Position numbers and translations under genes: made by a program
Notes under the pieces: model-generated
Told to the model about the DNA's origin: nothing
The model's input: only the letters and a program-made list of their open reading frames with translations
Database searches by the model: none
NCBI GenBank assembly: GCA_028534125.1
Contig: CM052837.1
Coordinates: forward strand, 36,580,001-36,644,000
DNA length: 64,000 bases
Direction: 5' to 3'
DNA from: Lama glama
Lineage: Eukaryota
Shown: piece after piece, positions 12,044-24,640 of the stretch
Layout: the number at the start of each line of letters is the position of its first letter
How positions within the stretch are numbered: the first letter of the stretch is position 1

Positions 12044-13208
12044 CTGCGGGAGGGCAGCGGGAGGGTGAGGCTCTGCCCAAGCCCACAGCACTTGGCCCTT
12101 TCTTCCCTTTTTGTGCCTTTACTTTAGTTTGTTTCAAAATTTATTTTCTCTAATTTTATTTCTAACTTTCAATTTACATACAGTGAAGTTTGTGCCGGAT
12201 TTAAATAACTCATTAGGGCTGCTTTATAAGGTGGGGGGAGGGTTACTAAATCCAGCCTCTGGGCGGTGACGGGGAACTGCCTGTAAATGGGGGTCCAGCA
12301 CCAGCATTGGTGATTCTGATCCCTGGGGAGGCGGGAGCCTTGTCCTCTGCAAAGTGGGTCGATCTGGAGGGGCAGTGGTGGTGAGGCTGAATCAGACCAG
12401 ATCCTACAAGGACCAGAGTCACTGTCCCCTACTTGAGTGGTGCACACGGCCACGATGGTGAGGACTCCTGGCCCCCTCCAGACTGGGGCAGGGACTGGAG
12501 ACACTTGGGCGCCGGGGGCCCTGGGTGGAGGCGGGGCAGGGATCAATCATCACCACTGGGCGTGGGCGCCAAGTGGATCCCGCTTCCTGCACAGAGGAGC
12601 TGGGGGCTGGGGTGGGGGCCAAGTCTAAAGACTGCGGCAGCAAAAAAAGGCATGGTCCTCGGCTCGGGATGGGGTAGGAAAGTGTCGGTGGCACCCACTA
12701 CTCAGAAGGCGGGGATGGGGAGCATTCCCCTCTGTACAGGCCTGGAATCCGATTACTCAAATTTATACCCTGGAGAGCGATTGGAACTGGGTCTCAAGTT
12801 GGAATACATTAACATCCTAGAACAGAGACGAGTGTGGCAGTTTTCTTAAATAAACCAGTATTTCGAACTCTTAGAAAATAATTTTCAAAACTTCTCATAA
12901 AAACGTTTAAGATGCAGGCTCCAAATGGTGTGATCCCAGAATACTGGGTTCAGGTGAATGAAAGGCAGAAGGAAATTCAGAGCTGGGGTTTTCATCTCGG
13001 GGCGGGTGAGCTTGTGGCAGCCGCTGGGTTCCACCCAGGTTTCCATGTCCCCAGAGTTCTGGGCCGCCCTATGCTGGTGCCCGACCTGGCTGAGAAAGCC
13101 CTGATTGGGGGGCGGCAGGCATTTCGCAGGGTGCGGGTTTGCATCACAGGACGTTGGGCGGGCACCCAGACTCTAGTCAGTGGAGCCGCCTCCCAGTCCT
13201 GCACTCAC

Positions 13209-13749
13209 CGAAGGCGGTTCTGCGGCCGGGGAGCCCAGCTGGGCGGCCCTGCAGGCTGTGCAGGACGCTGCCGTCCAAGGGTCCAGAGGTCCAAGACGGG
13301 GCCACATCGGTGCTCACGTAGGCTGGGTATGCAGCAGGGTACGAGGAGCCCACCGGCCGCCCGAGCAGGGCCGGGTATTGCTCTCGAGCCAGCATTGCGC
13401 CCTGGTAGGCGCCGCTGTCCCGGGCCCCTGGGCCGCCACCGCCGGGCCCCGGGGGGCTGGGCGCAAAGGGGAAAGCGGTGGCGCCGGGCGGCTGAGCGGC
13501 CGGCGGGTGCGGGCTGCCGGGGCCGAAAGAAGACGAGTCCGCCGCGGCCGCCTGCGCCCAGCCGGGGTGCGCGGCGAGCGCGGGGGGCTGCGGGCCTGGC
13601 TCACACGCAGACAGGTAGGGCAGCATGGAAGGGACGCGCGCCGGCGGAGCGAACACGGGGGAGCCCGCGCCCGGCGGGGGCAGAAAGGCGCCCGAGTCCG
13701 CGTAGGCGGCCTGACCCGGGCTCGGGGCCAGCGCCAGGCTCTGGTACAT
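13209..13749 (-). CDS. GATA5: GATA5 first coding exon (exon 2 spans 13209-13770), N-terminal activation domain, aa 1-180
   Basis: ORF 13177..13749 reads [20 protein letters not shown]...LPGRRTAF. Acceptor ttctctgcag at 13771, donor G|GTGAGT at 13208; 541 nt, phase 1. Confidence 0.97.
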
Positions 13750-14122
13750 CGTCCCTGGCGCGGCCTTGACCTGCAGAGAAGAGGGACGGGCGTCGGAGTC
13801 CTGGCCGCTGTGCCCCGCAGGTGATGTCGCTCAGGCCGCGATCCCTGCTCCCCAGCCCCGGCCGTTCTTGGGGCGGGTCCCGGAACCCGCAGGGGCAGAA
13901 CTGCAGGGGCGGCGGGGCGGCTCGGAGCGGCCCCATGGGGCATCGCCGGCACAGCCGGAACGCCGAGATCACCTCCTCCACAGCCAGGGCGTCACAGGTT
14001 CCCGAGTGGGCTCGGCGGGTGCCGAGGACGAGAGGCCCGGCAGGTCCGCGGGGCGCAGGGTCTGGGACAAGGCGCCAGGCCGGGAAGGGGCGCGCGGTGC
14101 CAGGCGGGGCTGGGGTACTCAC

Positions 14123-14200
14123 CGGCTGACCGCGAGGACCAGAGGGCGCGGCGCGCGCGGCGGGCTGCGACGGCTGGAGACTGGGAGACGGGGTCCGTGC
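14123..14200 (-). other. GATA5: GATA5 non-coding exon 1 (5' end approximate)
   Basis: Strong donor CCG|GTGAGTAC at 14122, immediately downstream of a GC-box array. Exon 2 has a real acceptor 21 nt before the ATG, so an upstream exon is required. Confidence 0.7.
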
Positions 14201-14230
14201 GCTTCCACAGGGAATCCCGGGCGCCCGGCC

Positions 14231-14356
14231 GCCCCTCCGCCCCGCCCCGCCCCGGCCCGGCCCGGCCCGCCCCCACCGCGCCGCCCCTTCGCTCCCGGCG
14301 CCCTCCCCTCCCTCCCGCGGGGTCAGCCCGGGGCTGCGGCCAAGGTGGCACGTGAC
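14231..14356 (-). promoter_or_regulatory. GATA5 proximal promoter: Sp/KLF GC-box array and USF-type E-box
   Basis: Tandem CCCCGCCCC boxes at 14231-14275; GTCACGTG on the minus strand (CACGTG at 14349-14354); no TATA box. Confidence 0.75.
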
Positions 14357-16104
14357 CGGAGCAGGCAGGGCGCGCGGGGCTCCCGCGGGAAAGGCGACGG
14401 AACGCTGGGCGCGGGGCACCCAGCGCCGAGTCCCGGCCAGCGCCGGCCTCAGGAACCGGCCAGGTGCTCCGTGGGGCCCCGGAGTACTCCCGGAGTGGAG
14501 ACGTCTAAATTTGTTCCGGAGATTCTTAAGTTTCCAGCCCTCCTTCCTCGCCAGTCCCAGGTTCCCCCTAAGACTGGCTAAATGTCTGGTGCCCTGTCTA
14601 TGGATGAGTCCCTGACCCTGGCTTCATGCGTTCAGTGATGTAGAGGTGGTGGGGACCCCTCGCTGACCTCTGGTCTGGGGTCCAGAACAGAGCTCCGGCT
14701 TCCAAAGGGACTTTCTAGCTCCTTTTCCCTGGACTCAAACCCGTGAGCCACAACCCTGCATGTGCACAGTCTGGCGGAATCCCAGTCTCCTCAGTTTCTG
14801 ACCAAGAAGGCAACTACCATACTTGCTCCCAGTTGCGGGGCGCAGGTCAGGTTGGCAGGCTCCATCGGCATGCACTTCCCTTCCGCAAGGTCACCGCCCA
14901 GGTCCCTGCCTCCACCCCTACGTGGGACTTTCACTTGGTCCTGGGGGTTTCCCAAAGTGGCACCAGAAATGTGGGATGGGTGGGAGGCCCCCTGGGTCTG
15001 GAGGTGGCCCCTGGCACTTCCTGGGTGGGCTCGATGGTGCCAGCACCTCGGAGAAACAGGTCTCCCAGGCAGCTTCACTGGAATTACCAGCACTCTCCGA
15101 GTGCACAGCAGGCTCTGGGTGACAAGGCTGGGTGAGAGCAGGGCTCACCAGGTGGCCCTTGGCCTCGGTGCTTGGTGCTCGGGGCCATGAATGTTTTTCG
15201 TTTGCAGAAACGGGCTGTCCCTTCTGTTGTGTCAAGGATGGACTGCAGGCCAGGGCACTTTCAGCCTGTAGAGGGGTGGGGAGGCCTGGCACTCTCTCCT
15301 CTCCATGTGCTCCAGAACCAGACCAGAATTCAGGGCACATTTTGGGCCACTCAGGGGCTCTGGAAGGTGGTAGGCAAGGCGCCTACTCTCATCCTGGGTA
15401 GGGGGTCCCACAGAAGGTTCCAGGCGGCTCCGGACTCTTCACAAGCCTGTGTGTGCCACTGGGAGGGGAAGTAGGGTCTCAGGTACCCCCTTTATGCTCT
15501 GCTCCTTGCCCCTCCCCCCATGCTCACCCACTGAGGGTCACTCCATCCTCTCCCGCCCTCAGGGCCCTGGGTCCACGATGCTGCGATGGGCTCCCATGGT
15601 ACCGACTCCCTACGCGCTCCCCTCTGGGATCCGAACTGGTCCCACCCCGCCCCGCCCCAATCCCTCCAGACCTCGCCAGTGGGTCTCCTGTCTTTCTCTT
15701 TTTCATGGTGAGCCCCAGGATAGCCCAGAGAGGTCCGGGTGCACTCAGGGGCCCTGCATGGCTGGAGAACGCGGTCTCCCTGGTGAGGTCCACCTGCAGA
15801 CCCAGCAGCTGTGCTAGGGCCACAGCGCAGTGACGCTGGTTGAGCCCTCGCTGCTTCCGCGGCCCTCGGAGCCCCGAGGAGAGAGTTTGAATGACATGGG
15901 GAGATGCCCTGCCAGCTCCGGGGGTGAGGAGGAAAGAGGAGAGTCACCTTGCCGGGAGTTGAGACATCCCCTCCACCCTGCCAAAAAAGGGTTCAGATGA
16001 GAATGGAAGATACCTGGGACCCTGCTGGGGGGGAGGGGCTGGTGTTCTCACCTGGAGACACGAACACCCGGGGGGGTGCTGTGCTTTGCCCTGTGATGCT
16101 TCCG

Positions 16105-16213
16105 TTTGATTCTCACACCGACCCTCATTAAGGTAGAGAAGCTTATTATTGTTACTATTACAGATGGGGAAATAGGACACAGAGAGGTTAGATACCCCGC
16201 CAAGGTCACACAT
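16105..16213 (-). mobile_element. MIR fragment
   Basis: TATTACAGATGGGGAAATAGGACACAGAGAGGTTAGATACCCCGCCAAGGTCACAC. Confidence 0.75.
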
Positions 16214-18689
16214 TGGTAAACAAGGTGGTTAAAACTGGAAGGACGCAAAACGTACGCAAGGAAGCCGTCTCCAGCCACTTCTCCTGTATTAATAAACCTC
16301 TTAAATGGACATTTAAGAAAATAATTAAAAGGCTGAGACTATTTCCTGAGGTGGGGGTGGGGTGGCAGAAGCCGCCTCTAAATCCCTGGTCTCTCCGGAA
16401 GATTGAGGCGTTGAAGGCACGTCCCAGGCTGGCCCGGACCAGGGCTCTCTGTGGGGTGCCAGGGCTGTGCTGCTGCTCGGGGAGTCTCAGTGTGCAGCAG
16501 CCGCTCCAGGTGGGATGTGGGCTCTCGCCCCCGGAGCAGTAGAAGCAGAGGCTGCTGGTGGGATTTCCTCATCCGATCAGCTGACACCTGCTGATGCTTG
16601 CCAGCCATGGGGCACAGTGACAGGGTGAGGGGCACTGGTATCTGTGCAGCGTCTGGACGCCTTCACGATCTCTTCTCCTTGAACCAAAAAGTGAGGTGTC
16701 TCAGCTGAAACTCAAAGCCAAGTTCTCTCCCCACTTGCCCACACCTTGCCCAGCCTCCCTCACCCGCCAAGTCACTTTCTCAGGCTAAGGACCTGTCATC
16801 CTTCTGTGCAACTGCCCCAGCCAGGCTCCTTGGGCTCCTCCGGAGGGAGCCAGGTGCCCCAGTCCACCAGGACCTCACTTTCCCCGCCAGCCCATCTGCT
16901 GTAAGCTGCCTGTGCCCTGGCCCTTTGCCTGTGCTGCTCCTCAACTAGGGGGACCCTTCCTCTGCCTTCTCTACTTGCTGGACTCCTATACATCCCTCAG
17001 CACCCTGCTCGCAAGTCCCCTCCTTTCTGTGGCCTTCCCCATGCAGTACTCTCTCCCCTGCCTTCTGCCTCATCATGCTTTGTGGCTGTGCGTCCCTGCC
17101 TTGCCTCCCCACCAGACCCTGAGCCTCTGTGTCTCCGTTCAGCTGTGAGGTGGGGGTGTCAGTCGTGCCCACTCCTCACACTGGCTTTGGGCGCAGTTAG
17201 CGGGAAAAAGAGCTGCAGCATCTACCTGGGATGTGCACAGAGTGGGTGCTCGGCAGGCACCGGGCAAAAGCTGAAGGGAAGCCAGGTGAGGGGAGCAGAG
17301 GGCTGGGCCCCAGGATCTCGCTGCAGCCAGGTGGAGGTGGTGGAGCTGTGTGCTGGGGCCCTGAGAACGGGGCTGCTGGGATGGGCAAGGGAGGCAGGGA
17401 GGAATTCGTGACCCTCTGCGCCCCCAGGCTTCTCTCTCTGGCCAGGGGGAAGCAGCTCTGAGGTGGGGACCCTACCCCAGGCCTCGGGCAGATTAGAGGG
17501 TTGGCTTGTTAACCCCCTGGTGACCAGACAGAGCTGTGTTCCGTGATTCCAGGACATGAGTGGTTGCCTGTGGGGGCCTTGGGGAAAGTGATGGCCTGGG
17601 CGGAGGGGCTGGGGTGGGGGCAGGCTCCCGTGTCTGCTACGGGGACGGACCCTGGTGTTTGCGACTTGCCCAGCAGCTGCCTCTTAACTCAGACACGTCA
17701 GTGACAAGAGAAGACAGACCTGGGAGAGCAAGGTGGGCGGTCATGGCCTCTGGGCCAGCTCCCAGGGGGGGACCCAGGACTCTCCCTGGGGCCGCAGGGC
17801 AGCCCCAGGGCCATCCGCCCCTCACAGGGAGGGCCCCATCAGGGCCCCTGCTGCACACACACCGACTTGTGGCCACGCGGGGCTTTGAGCTCTGGGGAGG
17901 CAGTGTCCGTCCAGCCCTGGGAAGGGTGCAGTGCCCAGGAACTAGCTCCTTAGCGTGGGGTTGTCTGGGTGACCTGCACAAGTGGGCCTGAACCTGGCCT
18001 CCCTGAACCCCAGCCCCGGGGGTCTGCCCTTCCTGTAAGTGGGGTATCAAGGAAGGATGCCTGGGTAGGCTGTGCCGGCGGGGGGGGGGGTGCTGGAGGT
18101 GGGGATAGGCGGAGAGGTCTGTGTCCTCCCCAGTTATTCAGGTAAGCCCCATGACCTCTGGTCCCAGGGCGGGGTTGGTGGGCCTAGTTCAAAGACCCCC
18201 TCCTTCTCCCTGTACCTGGAGGCCCCTCCTCCCCCAGGCTCCACCCTTGCAGAGCAGAGTGCCCTGGAGTGTCTGCTGCCCTGGGAGCCTCAGAATGTCT
18301 TCAGGTCCTGCTGCCCTGGGAAGATGAGGCATAGTCTCTGTGGAGGAGTCCAAGACTCCAATACCAACCAGAGCCGCAGAACCCACCACAGTGAGGGGCT
18401 CGAGGCTGGGGACCCTCCGGGCACACCTGGTAGGGGCTGGGGGAGCCTGGCGCACTGGATGTGGGAGCCACACAGGTGCAAGACGTCACTGTGGACACGT
18501 AGGGGTGTGCACCTGTGCCCTCTCCTGCAGGTACGGTCCAGCCCAAGGGCCCCTGGCTGAGGCAGGGGCGGTGACTGCCCGGGGGAGGGCCCCCAAGCTG
18601 AGGCTGCTGTGTCATCGTCGTGGTCACCACCGCTGCTTGGTGTTTCCTGGGTGTCCCTCGTGCTGGGCTGGGCCCAGGAGCATCTGTGT

Positions 18690-18845
18690 TTTAACTCCTT
18701 TCATGCTCACAGCCATCTGGAGAGCTGGGGCAATTCCTGTGAGCTGTCACGCCCATTTCACAGATGGGAGAAGTGAGGCCTGGACAGAAAGGACTTGTCC
18801 GAGGGCCAGGGCTGGGCAGAGGCTGAGACGGGATTCGAACCAGCT
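18690..18845 (-). mobile_element. MIR fragment
   Basis: CCCATTTCACAGATGGGAGAAGTGAGGCC...GACTTGTCCGAGGGCCA...GGGATTCGAACC. Confidence 0.75.
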
Positions 18846-21800
18846 CTTGGGCCACACTGTACTCTGCTCCACGCCCTCCCGTTTGCCCCTGCTGTCTGCC
18901 CGCTCCTCGGGCACCGCCCCCTCCCTGTCCAAGGCCGCTCTTCTTGTTCTAAGTCCTGCAGCCCCTGAAGAGTCTGTGTGGTGGAAGCATTGTGGCCCAA
19001 CCCGCCCCCAGGCGTCAGTGAACGGGAGATGCTGGGCCTTAGAAACAGCCTGCACTGTGGATGACCCAGCCGGGGCCTCCAGTTGGCTGCTGAGAAAGGG
19101 GGACCAGGAAATGAAAACAGAGTTCACGGGCCGCCGTATCATTTATGTAACTGAATCTGGTTTCAAAGGCCCTTCCGGAAGTCCCTCGGCATTAAACGCG
19201 GCAGGCACTCGGGGCCAGGTCGCCAGACAGCCCTCGTGGACGGAGCCATCTGGGGAGGGACTCAGGCCAGTCTGTCTTCGGGGAGACGTAATCACCGTCA
19301 AGAGGGTTCATCGCGCCAACGGCGGGAGTGTGCAGCGCGACTGCAGCGTTGGCAAGTGTCCTGTCACACGATGGGATGTTTATGGCCGGCTCCCCAAAGG
19401 CCTGCACAGGGGAGGGCACGAGTGACAGGGCAGGTCACGGGCAGGGTGCACCGGCCAGGCTGACCACTGGGGAGGGGGTGACTCAGGGGCCTCTGGCTCT
19501 CCCGGCCTGCGCTCCAGTAGGAGTGGGTGGCTGGTGGAGGCAGCCCCCTGATGTCTATTAGCCGTGAATTACTTCACCTTGAGTGACATCCTGCTGGACG
19601 CCTGGTGACCAGGCTCGGCCTGGGGCAATAAAACCGCCTGACACTGAGGCCGGACTCGGTGATGGACGGCTGCCCTGTCAGAGCAGCCGCCGGCCTGACC
19701 CTGGATGAAGTCGTGACTGGACGCTGGTGCTGAGGCTCCCTCAGTCTGCTCGGGACCTTGTGTGCACCCAGGAACTCGGGGAGGGGGAGCCCCCTCGCCT
19801 GCAGGGTGTAAATTACCAGTCCTCCCTTGCTGGCCCAGGGGTGGAGAGGGGCCCTGCCGTCCATTTTCCTGGGGGCCGGGAGATAATGGGTTGGGGTGGC
19901 CATGGTGGTGCCAAGTTGGGGTCAAGCCCGTGGCCCCTGTAAATGACCCCTCCCGAGGCTGGAAGCCGCTCTGGCTCCCAGGGCAGGGCCAGCACCGCCT
20001 GGCTGGTCTATGCCCCATTCACCCCTTCCGGCCCTGGACGCCCCTCGGAGGCCAGGCCTAGGCTTGAGTTCGGATCGCCGGCAGGCGGGGGGCGCCAGAC
20101 AGCGGGAAGCCCACCGGGGGGCACACTGGGTCTGTTCTGCTGTTTTGCACTTGGCAGCTCTTCCTCTGAACGCTGTTCCCAGAATAACCCTTCTCAGCCA
20201 AGCAGGAGCAGGCCTGGGGCTCTGTCAGCGAGCCGCCTCGTGCCTGGCCTCCGCGGCCAGCCCTCAGCGCCCACTGGAGTACCCCGGGCGGCGGGCTCGC
20301 CAGGGCTGCAGACGGCGCTGGGCGGCCACTCGGCCCTGGAACCAGCTGGGGGTTTACCTCGGGAGTGGGCTTACTTCCCACTTCAGCTCCAGGAGTGGGC
20401 GCTGCTTTGGGTCGGCTGGGCAGGGCTGGACCCGGCCGCTCCGGTGGGCTGCACCGGGGCTTGGGGGTGGGGCCGCTTTCGGAGGCACCAGGGGCCAGTG
20501 GGGGGTGGCTCACACCGCGGACCCTCTGGGCAGGGGCACGGGCCTCGTCTGCTGCCCCACTTCTCTCCGCTCTGTCTCCCTGATTTGCGCTCTTTCGCTC
20601 TCATCTCAAAACCTTTGCTCCCTTCTCCCCCCGCCGTCCTCCCTGCTGCCTCTCCTGCTTCTCTACTCCTGACCCCACCCACTCCCGGGGGCCCGCAGCC
20701 TCCTGCCCTGGCCTCACCCTCCGCTCTTTGTCCACCGTCTTCCTGAGGACATCCCCTGCGAGGTGTCCATCCTGGGCTGGGGGGCCTCCTGGGCTCTGCG
20801 AACAGGACTGGGGAGCCCCAGGCCTGCCTCTGGGCTCTTGCAGCCAGGCCTGCGGGGGAGGAGGGCCCAGGAGCCAGCACCCCGGCCGCCTCTGCTGGCA
20901 GGACGGCGGAGTCTCCCGGCCAAGAGCAGAAGTTTATCGCATCTCAAATGCGTCTGCTCAATGTACAGACTTCGGGAGTGTCAAAGCCATCAGCCCGACT
21001 CCTGCTGGCGGGAGAGGACCGTGGTGAGAATCCAGGGAACTTAAAGGGCTCTGAAAGCGTCAGGCAGTCTGGATAGCAGAGGACGGTTGCTGCGGGGCCA
21101 CGTGTGCCTTTCGTCTTCATCTTTGACGGGTTTTGCATTTCCCATGTTTTCTGTAATAAGCAAGCAGATAAGTACAGATGCCGTGGGAAATGAATCACGC
21201 TTTATAGATTTTGGCTGCAGATGCTCCAGTGGCTTCAGGAAAGCACGTTCAGAGAGAGCGAGTGCGTGGGTGCCTCTGAGTCGGGCGCAGTCGCAGGCTC
21301 TCTGGGGCTGCAGAGAGAGGGACCTGTTTGCTGTGCCTGAGCAGAGAGCGAGCCGGCGGCGGGAAAGGACCGCCAGTGTTTCCTGGGGGCAGCCCTGGCT
21401 CGAGCACCGTCACTTGGAGGCCGAGGTGTGGGGTGCCCCTCCGAGGCTCTGGACTGTTCCCTCCACAGCCTTGGGCTCTGGGAGCAACGGTGCAAAGGGC
21501 CGAGGTCCTGCGTGCACACCGGCGGGCACACGTGCACACACGCGCTCACAGCTGCACAAGCACACGCACGTGCACATCTGCCTGCATGCACACCTGACGG
21601 TGTTTGTGCACACAGGTGACTTGAAGGTGGATTTCTTTCCCCCTTTCTGGTCGGCCGCCTGACCTTGACTGGAGGCAGCAGAGTAGGTCCTGACTCCTCC
21701 GTTCCAGTTTTGCTGGTCACTTCTGCCAGCCATGCCAGGCCCAGAGCAGGAGCTGGTGATGGGCCTGGGGACTGGTCACCCCTGGGTGGGCAGCCAGCTG

Positions 21801-24605
21801 GGACACAGACCTCCGAATGGGCCGCCTGGGCCTCTCGAGCCTCTGACCCGGCACCCAGGGATGCTCCGTGCCAAGCAAGGACTTCATGCACGGTAGGCAG
21901 GCCCAGCTTTGATGGAAACCTCCTTCCTGACAGTGAAGGCCCTGTGTTCCCCAGGGGCCAGGAGCCGAGGCCAGGCCCAGGGGCACCCCCGACCACATCC
22001 CGCTGGTCCGGGGGCCTGGTGGGCAGGGGGTGGCAGCAAGCAGGTTCCCTTGGTACCTCCCAGGCAGCAGGGAGTTGCCACCTCCCCTCCGGGGCCCAGG
22101 CCCCCTGGGGAGGCAGCTGGGGCCTCAGCTGGGAGCTGCTGCTGCAGGCAGACCAGGAAACTGGCCTGTGTGAGGCCGTGGTTGGGGACCACTCCCGGAC
22201 AGTTCCGAGCTTGGAGCTGGGTGTCGCGTCAGAGGCCGTCAGGCCCAGCCTGGCCTTTGGGCTCCTCACCTTGGGTCCTGCTCCTGGAAAGGGGCCAGTT
22301 GTGTCTCAGGGTGAGGATCCCAGGCCCGCCTCCCCGCAGTGCTGGTCAGTGGGCGGCCTGCTCAGTGACAGCTCTGGGACCTGGGGGCTGGCAATGCATC
22401 CTGGGATGTGGGGTTACAGCCCGCTCTGTCACCTAAGGGCTGCATCCTCTTTGTCATGTCGTGTGGGTTCTGAGTCTCGGTCTCCTAGTCTGCGGGGGTT
22501 GTTGTCGGAGACGGAAAGGGCCCACCAGGAGCACCGGCTGGCCCGAGGGGAGCTAGGGAGCGACACCACTGCTGGAAAAGCCCTGCCCTGGACGGCAAGT
22601 CGGCACAACGGCTCACTTGGTCAGCAGGGCCCGGAGGGAGGCCTCACTGGTCAGCAGGGCCCCATCGACCCCTCTGGATGAGACCCATCCTGGGTCTGAT
22701 GCCGAGCCGAGCTCACCCGGGAGATGCCTCGGTCAGGAGGCGGGGCCAGCAAGTCGGTGGACACCCCTCCAGGCTGACCCCAGGGCGGCTGCCCAGCTCA
22801 AGCCCCGACTCCAACCCGTCCCAGGCTGCGCCTGCCTCCGAGCCCCCGCCCAGAGACCGCCAACCTCATTCTTCATGTGCAAAGAATTTCCCGTGCAGCC
22901 GTTCGCGCCGCAGCTGGACCTTCTCTGCAGCTGGACCGTTCTGAGGGAAACTGGTGTGTTCATCTCCTGGTGCAGACATGGGCTGGTGTCCCAGGCCCCG
23001 GAATCCCCCTGCCCTGGCTTGGCTTCCTTTCGTGAGAAGATAAGGGGCTGCTGGCATCTGGTGGGCTGGTGACCCCGCCCAGAGTGCTGACTTGACCGTA
23101 GGGAGGGGGCAGGCAGTGTGTCAGAGGCAACAGAGACCCCCTCGGGCAGCTCCCCTGCCCTTCCTTCCTCTGGAGCTGCAGAAAGGAGCCCCCAGGGCCC
23201 AAGGCCACATCTGGCCCAAGCCTGGGGGTATCTGTGCCAGCCCGGGGCAAAGGGCTGGGAGGGGTGCCTGGCATGTGGCTGAACTCAATCCTGGGGGTCA
23301 CCCTCATTCCAGGGGAGCCATCATCTCCCGGTCAGAGCCTGCTAGAGCTGAGCTTGGCCAAGGAGGAGCAAGTGTGTCCTCTCCTTCACCGAGTTTGTGA
23401 TGGGCCTTGCCTGGGGACAGAGTGTGGGGCAGGCATGGGGACACAGGGAGTGCAGGAGCCACGCCAGGGCTGGGAGGTGTGTGGGGAGGTCCAGGGAGTT
23501 CTGATGGAGGCTGAAGAGCAGTGCCCGCCTCTGTCTCTGGCACCTCCAGCTGCCCACAACTCCGTCCTGTCTGAGGACAATGGGGTCAGAGGCTGCAAAC
23601 AGGATGACACTGGGCACATTTGCACCAGGAAGAGCCCCACCTCTAGAAGAGGCAGAGACGCTCTGGCTGCCGCAGATCGCACCCCTCCCTGCCGCTCACC
23701 CACCCCTGCTGGTCTCTCTGTGGCTGGCCCCCGAGTCAGACATTATTTCATCGAAAGACCAGGCTTCCCACAGGGTTTGCGGGAAGGTCTCTTGACCTGG
23801 TCTCAGGAGACTGGACACCAGTCGCTGCTGGACACCCGTCACTGACTTGCTGGTTGACTAGTGAGGACCTTCCCTGAGCCTTGGTGTCTTTACCCCGAGG
23901 AGGGGCTGATGCCCGTGTGCTCAGAAGATAGCAGGGGGGCTGCCCTCCGTGCACGCACACCTCCCACCGCGGAGGGGAGCGCGTGCCCACGCGCACTGGG
24001 TTCCTGTGTCTGCGCCGCTGAAGCCACGCACAAGACTCACAGCCCTCTGAGAGCGGCCAGGCCGGCCGTAACTTTGGGCCTTTAAGTGCTTTCTCAGTCG
24101 GCACGTGCTGCAAGCGCAGCCCCTCTCTTGGTGGGGAGTTGTCTCCATAGCTCCACCATCAAGAGGCAACCTGGACTTTGGAAGGTTTGGAGGTGGCTTC
24201 GAGAGCCCTGGGGGCTATCCGTAATTCCTTCCTTGTGGGGACAGACCTTAGTGTCACCCTCTCTGGGTCTCAAACTGTTTGAATGAATGGAAGGCGTGGA
24301 GCAGCTTTCTGAAAGCAACACCATCGGGCTCCACCCTTCCTTGCCTGGGATTCAGAGCGAGGAGGAATCAAAGTGAGATCGGCTGACAACGACCACAGCT
24401 GGGAGGACTTCCTCGCCTCGGCTTCGTTTGCCAACGAGCACTGGACTGGGGCTGGGAGAGCGGCATCCAGCCTCGTCCAAAGGCGCTGGCCGGTGAGCCC
24501 GCTCCGGAAGAGCATTTCCCACGACTCACGTTCCTCAGCACTTAAAGTGACGCGGGACTAAGCAATACGACATGTCCGACAAGCCTGCTGTGCGGTCACC
24601 ACCCG

Positions 24606-24640
24606 CACGCCCGCCACGCCCGCCACGCCCGCCACGCCCC
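24606..24640 (+). repeat. 9-bp tandem repeat (CCACGCCCG), about 4 copies
   Basis: cacgcccg ccacgcccg ccacgcccg ccacgcccc read directly. Confidence 0.9.

Larger units (their letters stand above)
4358..14200 (-). other. GATA5: GATA5 gene span from stop codon to approximate TSS (3'UTR extends to lower coordinates; end not determined)
   Basis: Six in-phase coding exons with GT-AG junctions join to 1215 nt = 404 aa + TAG. The N-terminus MYQSLALA and C-terminus [12 protein letters not shown] are diagnostic of GATA5 among GATA4/5/6. Confidence 0.97.
13180..14500. promoter_or_regulatory. CpG island over the GATA5 promoter, exon 1 and exon 2
   Basis: Visibly very high GC and dense CpG relative to the flanks (judged by eye, not computed). 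Confidence 0.9.

Noticed and set aside
11499-12137. 212-aa ORF as a stand-alone zinc-finger gene
   Set aside because: It is GATA5 exon 3 plus intron read-through, and its start is TTG rather than ATG.
12140-12210. Possible tiny L1M 3' remnant in intron 2
   Set aside because: Too short to call; kept only as a caveat to the internal-promoter finding.
12912-14581. Several long plus-strand and alternative-frame ORFs over the GATA5 5' end
   Set aside because: Shadows of the CpG island and GATA5 exon 2, with no independent coding signal.
21510-21612. Alternating purine-pyrimidine CA/TG-rich tracts (also ~31958-32085 and ~57826-57900) as Z-DNA or E-box arrays
   Set aside because: Degenerate microsatellite-like sequence common in mammalian DNA; interrupted and with no specific support.
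22612-22662. Short direct repeat with spacer (also 8523-8566), superficially CRISPR-like
   Set aside because: Only two copies in a eukaryotic context; ordinary local duplications.
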